Positions 30,076-39,729 of a stretch of DNA of 64,000 nucleotides are shown here, in pieces. The position numbers and the translations under genes were made by a program. Numbering within the stretch: position 1 is the stretch's first letter; each line of letters opens with the position of its first letter. The notes below the pieces were generated by a model. That model saw only the letters and a program-made list of their open reading frames with translations. It had not been told where the DNA came from and searched no databases. The DNA comes from an uncultured Candidatus Rokubacteria bacterium (lineage in GTDB: Bacteria; Methylomirabilota; Methylomirabilia; Rokubacteriales; DASRDR01), in NCBI GenBank assembly GCA_963708025.1, contig CAVPSB010000029.1:64001-128000 (forward strand), in the 5' to 3' direction.

Positions 30076-33000
30076 GCGACACGCATCGGGGACGGATGGA
30101 CAGCCCGCCCGCCGGCCGCGGCAACATCAGCCGCTGGTCCATCGAGCATCCCTACGCGATCATCGCCTTCTACCTCGGCGTGGCGCTGCTCTCCCTGCTG
30201 GTGGTCGTCGTCCAGATGCCGCGGCGCATGATGCCCTACGTCGAGAGTCCGCTGGTCGGCGTCGTCTCGATGATGCCGGGGCTCTCCGCCGAGGAGATGG
30301 AGATCTACTTCTCCAAGCCCATCGAGGAGCGGATGGTGGACCTCAAGAACGTCCACTTCGTCCGCTCGACCTCCCAGGAGGGGTTCTCGATCGTCACCGT
30401 GGAGTTCTGGTACGGCACCGACATGAGGAAGGCGCTGTTCGACGTCCAGTCGCTGATGAACGTCGTCCAGGCCGACCTCCCCATGACGGGGGCGAACCTC
30501 AAGCCGTCGTGGGTCCTGGCGATCGACCCCCTGAACATCCCGGTCCTGTCGCTGGCCGTCACCGGGGAGGGCTACGAGCCCGTGCAGCTCCGCACGCTGG
30601 TCGAGAACGAGGTGGTCAACCGCCTGAAGGTCGTCAAGGACGTCTACTCGGTGGTGCCGTTCGGCGGGCAGAAGCTCCAGATGCAGGTGCTCGTCGACCG
30701 CGAGCGGCTCGCGGCCTACCGGATGTCGCTCCCCGACCTCAAGCGCATGCTCGACATGCAGAACCAGTCCCGGCCGGCGGGGACGCTCACGTTCCAGGAC
30801 CGCGAGATCCTGGTCCGGACCGACGCCCGCGCCCGCGCTCCCGAGCAGGTCGCCGCCTACCCGATCGGCAGCATGGAGGGCCGGACCGTCTACCTGCGAG
30901 ACGTCGCGGAGGTCGTGAACGGCCCCCGCGAGCAACGCAGCCTCTACCGCTTCAACGGGAAGGAGGCCATCGAGATCTCGGTCGTCCAGCAGCCGGACGC
31001 CAGCTCGGTGCGGGTGATCGAGGGCGTCAAGGCCAAGCTCGCGGAGATCCAGCGTGACTTCCCCGGGCTCCGGTTCGAGGTGGCCTACGACAACGCCACG
31101 TTCGTCGGCTATCTCATGCGGAACATGGTCGAGGAGCTGGTGGTGGCGGTGCTCCTCACCGGGCTGGTGGTCCTCGTCTTCCTGGGGAACGTCCGGGGCA
31201 CGCTCATCTCGGTCGTGACCATTCCGATCTCGCTCGGCATGGCCCTGCTGGCGATGGTGCCCTTCGGCATGACGCTGAACAGCTCGACCCTCATCGGGCT
31301 CCTGCTCTCGATCGGGCGGCTGGTGGACGACTCGATCATCGACCTCCACTCGATCGAGCGCCACCTGCGGATGGGGAAGTCGCCGAAGGACGCCGCGGTG
31401 GACGGGATCACCGAGGTCCGGCTGGCCGTCCTGGCCATCACGCTCATGGTCTGCGTGGCGCTCCTGCCCCTGGCCTTCTCGGGCGGCATCGTGCAGTACA
31501 TGTTCGAGGGGATCGTCTGGCCGATCGTCTTCGCCCTGCTCGCGTCGGCCGTGGTCTCGTTCACCCTGACCCCGCTCCTGGCCGCGCACCTCTTCGGCCC
31601 GCACGGCGACGGGACGCGGGCATCGCGGCTCCAGCGCTGGGTGCTCGACCCCTCGCAGCGGCTCCTGGACCGGCTCGAGACCCGCTACCGCGGGGGCCTC
31701 GGGTGGGCGCTCCGCAATCGCTTCCTGGTGCTGGCCGGCGCGGTCGCGACGATCCTGGTCGGGGTCGCGCTCTACCCGCGGATCGGCAGCGAGATGATGC
31801 CGCTGGCCGACGTCTCCCAGGCGTACGCGCTGCTGGAGGCGGCGCCGGGGACCTCGTTCGCCCGGACGTCCGACATCGCGGCCGAGGTGGAGCGCCTGCT
31901 CCTCCGGCAGCCGGAGGTGGTCAAGGTCTCCTCGGAGGTCGGCTTCGAGCCGGGCGGCACCTACTTCACCGGCTACAGCATGGGGGCCGTCAATGCCGCC
32001 GGCCTGATGATCACCCTCACGGACTCCTCGAAGCGCCGGCGCGACATCTGGCAGGTGATCGACGCGGTGCGGGACGAGGCCGTCCGGACGATCCCGGGGA
32101 TCCGGCGCCTGGCCATCAAGGAGATGGGCGCCGACGTCATGGCGTCGAGCGCCGCGCCCATCCAGGTCATCGTCTACGGCCCCGAGCTCGAGAAGCTGCA
32201 CGAGCTCGGGGAGCAGGCGCGCCAGCTCGCCGAGCAGATCCCGGGCTTCTCCCAGGTGTCGACCTCGTGGGCCCACACCCTGCCCCAGCTCCACGTCGTG
32301 GTGGACCGCGCCCGCGCCCAGGAGATCGGCCTCTCCGTGGAGGAGGTGGCCGACCAGGCCTACTACGCGCTCAAGGGCGGGCTCACCAACGAGTTCTACC
32401 GGCTGGACAACAAGCGCCTGTTCACGATCCTGCTCCGCTATCGCGGGGACCAGCGGCGCGACTCGAGCGACCTCCAGCAGGTCAAGATCGTGGGCAAGAA
32501 CGGCGAGGTGGTGCCCCTGGCCTCGGTCGCCCGCGTCGAGGAGCGTCCCGGGGCGACGCTGATCGAGCACGACAACTTCCGCCGGGTCGTCAGCGTGCTC
32601 GGGTTCTATCGCAAGGGCGGCCCGCCGAGCATGGAGCTGTCGATGGACCTGCTCATGGCGGCCCACGGGAAGCTCGACTTCCCGCCGGGCTACGGCATGG
32701 AGCTGCGGGGCGACATGACCCAGATGGAAGAGTCGTTCGCGCGGCTGCTCCGCGGCCTCTACCTGGCGGTGATCTTCATGTTCCTGCTGCTCGTGGCCCA
32801 GTTCCGGAGCCTGATCGAGCCGCTGAACATGGTCTTCTCGCTCTCGCTCATGCTCACCGCGATCGTGGCCGGCCTGCTGCTGAACCGGCAGACCTTCTCC
32901 ACCGTCTCCATCCTGGCGGTGGTGATCCTGGCCGGCATGATGATGACGGTCGCGGTGCTGCTGATCGACCTCGTGCTCAAGCTGCGGGCCCAGGGCCTGC

Positions 33001-33296
33001 CGCGCGACGAGGCGATCCTGACGGCCGGGCCCATCCGGCTCCGGCCGATCCTGATGACGTCCCTCATCACCGTCGTCGTGCTGATCCCGGTCGCGCTCTT
33101 CCCGCGGACCGGGATCGACGCCTACGCGCCGCTGGCGACCGTGGTGATCGCCGGCCTCTCGGTGGGGACCGTGCTGGCCCTGTTCGTCGTCCCGGTGGTC
33201 CACACCTACACGGACGACCTCGCCCGGCTCACGGCGGCCGCGTGGCGGCGCCTCACCGGGCGGCGCCCCGCCCGCCCGGAGAAGGTGTCGACGTGA
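30072..33296 (+). CDS. RND efflux permease (AcrB/CusA superfamily)
   Basis: PGLSAEEME, GRLVDDSI and RLRPILMTS motifs; ~1075 aa. Confidence 0.93.
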   Translation: MSDTHRGRMDSPPAGRGNISRWSIEHPYAIIAFYLGVALLSLLVVVVQMPRRMMPYVESPLVGVVSMMPGLSAEEMEIYFSKPIEERMVDLKNVHFVRSTSQEGFSIVTVEFWYGTDMRKALFDVQSLMNVVQADLPMTGANLKPSWVLAIDPLNIPVLSLAVTGEGYEPVQLRTLVENEVVNRLKVVKDVYSVVPFGGQKLQMQVLVDRERLAAYRMSLPDLKRMLDMQNQSRPAGTLTFQDREILVRTDARARAPEQVAAYPIGSMEGRTVYLRDVAEVVNGPREQRSLYRFNGKEAIEISVVQQPDASSVRVIEGVKAKLAEIQRDFPGLRFEVAYDNATFVGYLMRNMVEELVVAVLLTGLVVLVFLGNVRGTLISVVTIPISLGMALLAMVPFGMTLNSSTLIGLLLSIGRLVDDSIIDLHSIERHLRMGKSPKDAAVDGITEVRLAVLAITLMVCVALLPLAFSGGIVQYMFEGIVWPIVFALLASAVVSFTLTPLLAAHLFGPHGDGTRASRLQRWVLDPSQRLLDRLETRYRGGLGWALRNRFLVLAGAVATILVGVALYPRIGSEMMPLADVSQAYALLEAAPGTSFARTSDIAAEVERLLLRQPEVVKVSSEVGFEPGGTYFTGYSMGAVNAAGLMITLTDSSKRRRDIWQVIDAVRDEAVRTIPGIRRLAIKEMGADVMASSAAPIQVIVYGPELEKLHELGEQARQLAEQIPGFSQVSTSWAHTLPQLHVVVDRARAQEIGLSVEEVADQAYYALKGGLTNEFYRLDNKRLFTILLRYRGDQRRDSSDLQQVKIVGKNGEVVPLASVARVEERPGATLIEHDNFRRVVSVLGFYRKGGPPSMELSMDLLMAAHGKLDFPPGYGMELRGDMTQMEESFARLLRGLYLAVIFMFLLLVAQFRSLIEPLNMVFSLSLMLTAIVAGLLLNRQTFSTVSILAVVILAGMMMTVAVLLIDLVLKLRAQGLPRDEAILTAGPIRLRPILMTSLITVVVLIPVALFPRTGIDAYAPLATVVIAGLSVGTVLALFVVPVVHTYTDDLARLTAAAWRRLTGRRPARPEKVST

Positions 33297-33387
33297 GCCT
33301 CCGGGCACGGTCCGCGGCGGCGATCCAGGGAAGCCCAGCGCCAGAGCCTGGCGCGCAACCCATCGTCGAGCTGGCAGGGAGGACGCG

Positions 33388-34919
33388 ATGAACATCGACG
33401 GCGTGGACCGGGACGATCTGCGGACGCCCGGATCCGACGGCGAGCACGCGGTCGTGGGCCGGCGCGCCCGCGGGCGGGGACCCGTTCGGCGCACCGTTGC
33501 GGTCCTGGTGGGCCTCGCGCTCGTCGCGGCGGCAGGCGCGTGGGCGTACTACGCGAACATGGCCGCCGGCCGGCCGGCGATGGACATGACGATGCCGGTG
33601 AGCGGCGGCGCGGCGGCCTTCCCGGTCGTGCTGACCCCGGTCGAGCGCGGGCCGATCACCGGCACCGTGACGTACACGGGGAGCGTGGCGGCCTTCAACG
33701 AGGAAGAGATCTACCCCCGCGTGACCGGACGGATCGTCGAGATGGCGGTCTATCCCGGGGACGCCGTCCGGGCGGGGCAGGTGGTCGCCCGGCTCGATGA
33801 CGTGGAGTTGAGCTCCCGGGCGCGGGAGGCGGCCGCCAGCGCGACGGCGGCGGAGGCCAACCTGGCCCAGATGGAGGCCGACGTCCTGGCGGCCGGGCAC
33901 GGCGTCACCCAGATGGACCGCGAGCTCGCGATGGTCGAGGCGGAGGTCGAGTACCAGGAGCAGCTCGCCGCCCGGGAGGAGCGGCTGTTCCGCGTGGGAG
34001 CGGTCTCCCGCCAGGACGTCGAGAGCGCTCGCGCCATGGTCGCCGCCGCCCGGGCCAAGGTCGCGGCGGCCCGGGCGCGGGCCGAGCAGGCCAAGGCGAT
34101 GGAGGTGAGCGCTCTCCGCAAGCGGGACGCGATGACGGCCATGGCGAGCATGAGCCGGGCCCAGCTCCGCACGGCGGAGGTCGTGCGCGACTACGTGACC
34201 ATCGTGGCGCCGAGCGCCGGCTACGTCGTGAAGCGCCTGGTGGCCCCGGGCGTCCTCGTCCAGCCCGGGATGGCCATTCTGAAGATCGCCCAGCTCGACC
34301 GCGTGCGCCTGCAGGCGAACGTCGGAGAGAAAGACGTCGGGTCGATCCGGGTCGGGGCGCCGGTGACGGTCACGTCGACCGACGGCCGGCCGCCCGTGGC
34401 CACGGGCGTGACCGCGGTCTTCCCCTTCGTCAACCAGGGCCCGCGGACCGCGGTGGTGGAGGCGCTCGTGGACAACGCGGGCCGCCGGTTCCTGCCGGGC
34501 CAGTACGTGACCATGCAGTTCGTGACCGGGGAGCGCCCGGAGGCCCTCAGCGTGCCGCGCGGGGCGGTCGCCCGGATGGGCGGCAAGGCCCGCGTGTGGG
34601 TCGTGGCCGACGGGCGGGCCGAGCCGCGGGAGGTGACGACGGGCCTCGAGACCCCGGAGCGGGTGGAGATCGCGGGAGGCCTTCGCGGGGACGAGCGGGT
34701 CGTCGCGCGCGGCCACGAGGGCCTCTACGCCGGGGCCCGGGTCAGCGACGTGGCGAAAGGCGCCGCGGCAGCCGGCGGGGCCGGCGCACCGGTCACTCCC
34801 TCGCATGGCGGGGCGGGGGCCGGAGCCGCGCACGGCGGCCGCCGGCACCGGCGCCATCCGCCACGCCCCCTCAGCCAGCTGGTCAACCAAAGGAGGCGCC
34901 CCATGGCACCACGCACTGA
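33388..34919 (+). CDS. RND periplasmic adaptor (MFP); probable frameshift near 34838
   Basis: PRVTGRIVEMAVYPGDAVRAGQ, IVAPSAGYV and FLPGQYV motifs; the alternative frame ends ...KEAPHGTTH* at 34919, overlapping the TolC start. Confidence 0.85.
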
Positions 34920-36266
34920 GCGGATGGTGAGACGGTGGACGCGTGTGGCGGCAGGGTCGATCCTCGGCCTGCTCGCCGCTGGATCCGTGGCGGCGCAAGG
35001 GTTGCCGCCGCTCCCCCGGGTGGACGCGCCGCTGACGATGGAGCAGGCCGTGGACCTGGCGCTCCAGAAGAGCCTGCGCGTCCGGGCGGCCCAGGCCGAC
35101 TCCCGCACGATGGAGTCGATGCGCCGGGAGGCCCAGGCGCCGTTCTGGCCGCAGCTCTCCGCCAACGGCTACGCGAACGACCAGAACCTCGCCCCCAACG
35201 TCTACTCGTCCGCCGGCACGACGATGGCCCGGAATACCCAGGTCTTCCTGGCCGACCAGACGGGGGACGCGAACCTGACCGCGATGTATTCGCTCTTCTC
35301 GGGCGGGCGGGACTACTACGGCTACAAGGCGGCCGCCGCCCGGGCCGACGCCTCCCGCCAGATGCTCCGCGGCGCCGAGATCGACGTCGCCATGCAGGCC
35401 CGGCTGGACTACATCGCGGCCCTGCGCGAGGCGGAGAATGTCGGCGTCACCGGCGACCTCGTCCGCCAGGTCGAGGAGCGGCTCCGGGTGACCCGCGAGG
35501 CGTTCGACGCCGGCCGGGTGCCGCGATACTACGTGCTCCGCGACGAGGCCGAGCTGGCGAACACCGTCCAGATGGACGCCATGGCCCGGAGCCGGGCCGG
35601 CCAGGCGCTGATCGCCCTGAAGACCACGCTCGGGATCGACCTCGCCTCCACCATCGCGCTCGCCGACCGACTCGCCTACACGCCGGTCCCGGTGTCGGTG
35701 GAGGAGGCGATCCGCGGCGCCAGCGACGCGCATCCCGAGGTGCGGGCGGCCTCCAAGCAGCGGCAGGCGGCGGAAGCCGACGTGCGGGCGGCCTACGGCA
35801 ACTACTTCCCGCAGGTGAGCGTGGCCGCCATGTACGACTGGGTCAAGACGAAGACCAGCGGGTCGAACGACTCCGACCAGGGCTACTCGGTCGGCCTCGT
35901 CGTCACCCTGCCGATCTTCGACGGCTTCATGCGCGAGAACGCCGTCCGGACGGCCAAGGCCAAGCTCGACCGGACGCTCCAGGCCGAGGGGCTCGCCCGC
36001 CAGCAGATCGCGAAGGAGGTGTCCCAGGCCGCGCTGATGCTCGCCGCGGCCGAGAAGAGCGTGGAGGCGAGCGGTAAGGGACTCGAGCAGGCCGAGGAGG
36101 AGGCCCGGATCGTGCAGGAGCGCTTCGCCGCCGGGCGGGGCATCCAGCTCGAGATCCTGGACGCGCAGGCGAGCCGGACGCGCGCCCGCTTCAACGCGGT
36201 CGCCGCGCTGCCGAGTACCAGACGGCGCTCGCCATGTGGCGCCGCGCCATCGGCGAGATCCGATGA
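34903..36266 (+). CDS. TolC-family outer membrane protein (frameshift near 36210)
   Basis: AAGGAGG RBS plus signal peptide; LTMEQAVDLAL, YFPQVSV and LPIFDG motifs; the shifted frame ends AEYQTALAMWRRAIGEIR*. Confidence 0.85.
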
Positions 36267-36320
36267 GCCGAGCAATCGGCCGAGCGAAGGAGGCCGGTGG
36301 CACATGAGAGGAGAAGGCAA

Positions 36321-36647
36321 ATGAAACGGACGGGTGCAAGTCTGATCGGCGCAGGGGCCATGGTGCTGGCACTCGTCGCTGGCGCGGCGTGGGCCGAGAC
36401 CAAGATCACCGTCACGCGCGAGGAGAGCAAACCCCAGAAGGTCGAGGTCAAGGTTGGGGAGGAGGTGCGCTGGGTGAATGCCTCCGGCGGCACCGCCCAC
36501 ATCGCGTTCGGCGGCGTCGATGGCGTCCAGTTCTACCTCGGCAAGGAGGGACGCGTGAAGTTCGACAAGCCGGGAACGTACGACTACACCGTGCACATCT
36601 CGGGCATCAAGGCGCATGCCCACACCGGAGCTGTCGTCGTGAAGTAG
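36321..36647 (+). CDS. Small exported cupredoxin-fold protein lacking the type-1 Cys
   Basis: PQKVEVKVGEEVRWVN...H...FDKPGTYDY...GAVVVK. Confidence 0.75.
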   Translation: MKRTGASLIGAGAMVLALVAGAAWAETKITVTREESKPQKVEVKVGEEVRWVNASGGTAHIAFGGVDGVQFYLGKEGRVKFDKPGTYDYTVHISGIKAHAHTGAVVVK

Positions 36648-36673
36648 GGACTCCGGGACCGGGCCGTCCAACG

Positions 36674-36754
36674 GCCTTCCCAATCGAACGCCGGGTCGAC
36701 CACGGCGGCCTTGGGTACGAGACCGGCGTCGTCCCGATCGTCGCGGGAGAGGTT
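36674..36754 (-). pseudogene. Short GlgX (glycogen debranching enzyme)-like fragment
   Basis: NLSRDDRDDAGLVPKAAVVDPAFDWEG resembles the GlgX D.RDSA...PK.VVVD..FDW segment. Confidence 0.5.
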
Positions 36755-36816
36755 CCCCGGGACGACCGGAACGTCTCCATGGCGACCCTCCTCACCTGCC
36801 AATCCAAATTCGCGGG

Positions 36817-37770
36817 TCATGGTCTGATGTCCCGTTCAAACGAGCGGACCAGGGCCCAGACTCGCTCGGGCTCCCGGAGCAGCACCTGGTGATCGGCCCC
36901 GGGTAATGCGACGAAGCGGGCGTTCGGGCGGGTGGCGGCCAGCGCCCGGGCCGCCGCGAGCGGCGCGACCTGGTCATCCTGCCCGTGGATGAACAGCACG
37001 GGTGTCGCCACCGTGCGCATCAGAGCCGTGGCATCGGTGCCGAGGATCGTCTCGTGGAGCGTGCCGGAGAGAGAGCCCCAGGTGTGGCGCATCGAGTCGG
37101 TGTAGACGTCCTCGGGCAGGCCGACCCACGCGGCCAGCCAGGGCCAGGCGTAGAGCGCCCGGAGGTAGTGGGCGACGCGCAGCGACGGACTGCCGGCGAG
37201 CATCTGGCGAAACAGCCAGGACCGGCGGCCGAGCCGGGCCAGGGCGTCGGCCTCGTCCCGATAGAGGGGGAGCCCGATGAGGACGGCGCCCTGGAACCAC
37301 GCCGGGCGGCGACTGACCAGGCCCAGCGCTACGACCGCGCCCAGCGAGTGCCCGACCAGCCAGCCGTCCCCCCGGTCGAACCCACGCTGCCGCAGAAGGT
37401 GCTCGAGGGCCGCGAGGTGGTCGTCGAGGCCATACCGGGCGCGGGGCTTCGGCGACTCGCCGAAGCCCAGGAGATCGGGGATGAGCAAGGTGTGGTCGCC
37501 GAGCAGCGGGGCGACCCGATCGACCCAGTAGCGCCCCGAGCCGGCCAGGCCGTGCACGAGGACCATGCGTCGCGGCCCCTGGCCGACCTCGACCGCACGA
37601 AGCTCGGTCGCGGTCGGGTCGAACGGCGGCGCCGTGGCCTCCTGCCAGTAGTTCCACGCCCCGAAACCCGCGAGCGCGGCCACCGCGAGGCCGAGCGCGA
37701 TCAGGCCCCGGCGGAGGGCCGTCCACCGCCGGGCGGTGACGGACGTCGGCCGCGGGACGAGAGGCATCAT
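36817..37770 (-). CDS. Alpha/beta hydrolase with an N-terminal membrane anchor
   Basis: VHGLAG, PDLLGFGES, GHSLG, HGQDD and GADH motifs. Confidence 0.88.
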   Translation of the reverse strand: MMPLVPRPTSVTARRWTALRRGLIALGLAVAALAGFGAWNYWQEATAPPFDPTATELRAVEVGQGPRRMVLVHGLAGSGRYWVDRVAPLLGDHTLLIPDLLGFGESPKPRARYGLDDHLAALEHLLRQRGFDRGDGWLVGHSLGAVVALGLVSRRPAWFQGAVLIGLPLYRDEADALARLGRRSWLFRQMLAGSPSLRVAHYLRALYAWPWLAAWVGLPEDVYTDSMRHTWGSLSGTLHETILGTDATALMRTVATPVLFIHGQDDQVAPLAAARALAATRPNARFVALPGADHQVLLREPERVWALVRSFERDIRP

Positions 37771-37993
37771 GCGAGCTGGCGGCGGAGTCGCCAGAGCCCG
37801 AGCCCGAAGATCGCGAACCCGAGGGTCGCCATGGCCAGCGCCTGGGACCAGAACGCCGTCAGGCCGGCGCCCTTGTGAGGAAGATGAGGATCCCGGCGTC
37901 CGGAGCCGGCCGCCCGAGCCAGAGCCACGCGGCGACTCCGGCGCCGGCCAGGGCCACCACGGCCGCGGCCGGCGCCCACCGTCTCGTCGTCAC
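37767..37993 (-). pseudogene. Fusion scar: HlyD-like N-terminus joined to an ABC-2 permease C-terminus
   Basis: VTTRRWAPAAAVVALAGAGVAAWLWLGRP... then IFL/KGAGLTAFWSQALAMATLGFAIFGLGLWRLRRQLA*. Confidence 0.55.
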
Positions 37994-38009
37994 GGGTTTC
38001 CCGGCCTTC

Positions 38010-38399
38010 CTACGGCTTCTGCGCGCCCATCATCTCGGTCATCCGCTTCTGCATGTCCGCCATGCGCTCCCGCATCTTCGGCATGTCGGACATCATGCCC
38101 GGCCCCATCCCCTTGCCGGTGGATGCCATGCCTCCCATCATCGTGCCCATCTCCTTCATCATCTCGCCCATCTGCTTCATCTGCTCCGGGGACATCTGGC
38201 CCCGCGCCATCCGGTCGCCCATCTGCTCCATCAGCCCGCTCATCTGCTGCATCATCCCGGTCATCTGCGGGTGCATGCCCATCATGCCGGGGCCCATCGC
38301 GCCGCCGGGAGGTGGCGCGGGCTGCTGAGCGAGTGAGGTGGCCACGCCGAGGAACACGACTCCGAGAATCGCCATCGCCGTCTTCACGGTTGCCTCCAT
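38010..38399 (-). CDS. Exported Met-rich protein (candidate Cu(I)/Ag(I) binder)
   Basis: Signal peptide; about 30 Met in 129 aa. Confidence 0.8.
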   Translation of the reverse strand: MEATVKTAMAILGVVFLGVATSLAQQPAPPPGGAMGPGMMGMHPQMTGMMQQMSGLMEQMGDRMARGQMSPEQMKQMGEMMKEMGTMMGGMASTGKGMGPGMMSDMPKMRERMADMQKRMTEMMGAQKP

Positions 38400-38460
38400 G
38401 GACGAGTGATGCCGCGCCTGGTTCGTCGAGCGCAGCCCCTCGCCGGGCCGGGTCGTTGTT

Positions 38461-38607
38461 TCACGCCTTCACGTACTGCGCGGGCGCCTTCTCGAACTTG
38501 GCCTTGCAGGCGCCCGAGCAGAAGTAGTAGGTCTGCCCCTGGTGGGTGGCCGTCGCGGCCGCGGCCTTTTCGTCGACGGCCATCCCGCACACCGGATCCC
38601 TCGTCAT
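38461..38607 (-). CDS. YHS/TRASH domain protein
   Basis: MTRDPVCGMAVD...YYFCSGACKAKF; GGAGG RBS. Confidence 0.92.
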   Translation of the reverse strand: MTRDPVCGMAVDEKAAAATATHQGQTYYFCSGACKAKFEKAPAQYVKA

Positions 38608-38713
38608 GATCGAACCTCCTTCCAATCGTCGGTCGAGCGCCCCACGTGAAGAGTCTCCTCTCCCGATGGTGATTCCCGTGGGCCCTCTGGTCTGAGGGCG
38701 ATCGAGGCCGGGG

Positions 38714-38944
38714 TCAGGCCTTGGGAGGCGGAGCGGGCAGATCGAGGCTGAACAGGGGAGTGGCGCCGGGCGGCTCGAGCGCAACCATTCCCACCAGGCC
38801 ACGGGGAGGGCCGAGATCGGGGGCGCGCGTGACGGCCACGACGACCAGGCACAGGTCCTCACCCGCCGACTCGGATCCGTCGAGGAGACACGTACCGAGG
38901 ACCAGAAGCAGGGTCACCGCGAAGAGGGCAGTCAGCCGGGTCAT
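38714..38944 (-). CDS. Small leader ORF: signal peptide, C-x12-C, C-terminal LPAPPPKA
   Basis: Paralog of 28792-29016; first ORF after the sigma54 site. Confidence 0.7.
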   Translation of the reverse strand: MTRLTALFAVTLLLVLGTCLLDGSESAGEDLCLVVVAVTRAPDLGPPRGLVGMVALEPPGATPLFSLDLPAPPPKA

Positions 38945-38971
38945 CGCGTGCATCGCTCCGGTCAACGGCGA

Positions 38972-38988
38972 AGCAACCGGCTTGCCAG
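38972..38988 (-). promoter_or_regulatory. Sigma54 promoter CTGGCAAGCCGGTTGCT
   Basis: GG-N10-GC; shares CTGGCAAGC...TTGCT with the 28733 site. Confidence 0.7.
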
Positions 38989-39120
38989 CCTCGACGTGTC
39001 GGATCGCAAGCTCACGGGTCTTCAGCGGTTCTCCGGCACCGGCCGCTGAGCCGCGGCCTGGACACGCGTGGGGCGCCGGCTCACCACTGGGGCGACCGCG
39101 CCCCACCGGGCGACCCCGCG

Positions 39121-39642
39121 TCAATGGTGCTGCTCGTGGCCGCCCTGAGCGCCGCCCCCGCCCGGGGGCCGGAGGGCACGCAGGAAGGCAACGAGATCGA
39201 TCACCTCCTGAACGGTGACCGAGTCGTTATAGGACGGCATCTTCGAGGAGCCATCCGGCGCCTCGTAGCCCTTGCCCCGCTCGATCACCGCGCTCGGGTT
39301 GATGATCGCCTCCGCGAAGTATTCCGGCTCGTGGAGCGGCCCCATCATGGACAGCTCCGGCCCCACCTTGTCCGGCTCACTCGGCACCGGGAATGGGTTC
39401 CCCCGCACCTCGTGGCAGCTGTAGCACTCGAGCTTCTCGAACAGCGCGCGTCCCTTGGCGGGATCTCCCTTCGGCCAGGCGAACCGCCAGCCGGCCGGCG
39501 TGCCGTGCTCACCTTGGCCCTGACCCGGGACCGAGGGCGTCGACGACCCCTGACCCTGATTGGCGGGTGCGAGCCAGGTCGCCGAGAGGAGGCTCACGAT
39601 GCCGACCGCGACCAGGAGCGGGAATGTCCGTCTGCGTTGCAT
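39121..39642 (-). CDS. Monoheme cytochrome c
   Basis: Signal peptide; GDPAKGRALF...CYSCH, VGPELS and SKMP motifs. Confidence 0.88.
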   Translation of the reverse strand: MQRRRTFPLLVAVGIVSLLSATWLAPANQGQGSSTPSVPGQGQGEHGTPAGWRFAWPKGDPAKGRALFEKLECYSCHEVRGNPFPVPSEPDKVGPELSMMGPLHEPEYFAEAIINPSAVIERGKGYEAPDGSSKMPSYNDSVTVQEVIDLVAFLRALRPPGGGGAQGGHEQHH

Positions 39643-39729
39643 GCGCCCCTCCGGGAAACGCGGGAGTCGGGTCCAGCGGACGCGCGAACGTCCGCGCGCC
39701 GATCGTTGCGAGGGCCGGGCGGTCGGGAT

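Noticed and set aside
33388-36324. Apparent 978-aa MFP-TolC fusion protein
   Set aside because: An internal AAGGAGG-ATG plus signal peptide at 34903 and an alternative-frame MFP stop at 34919 indicate two genes joined by a frameshift.
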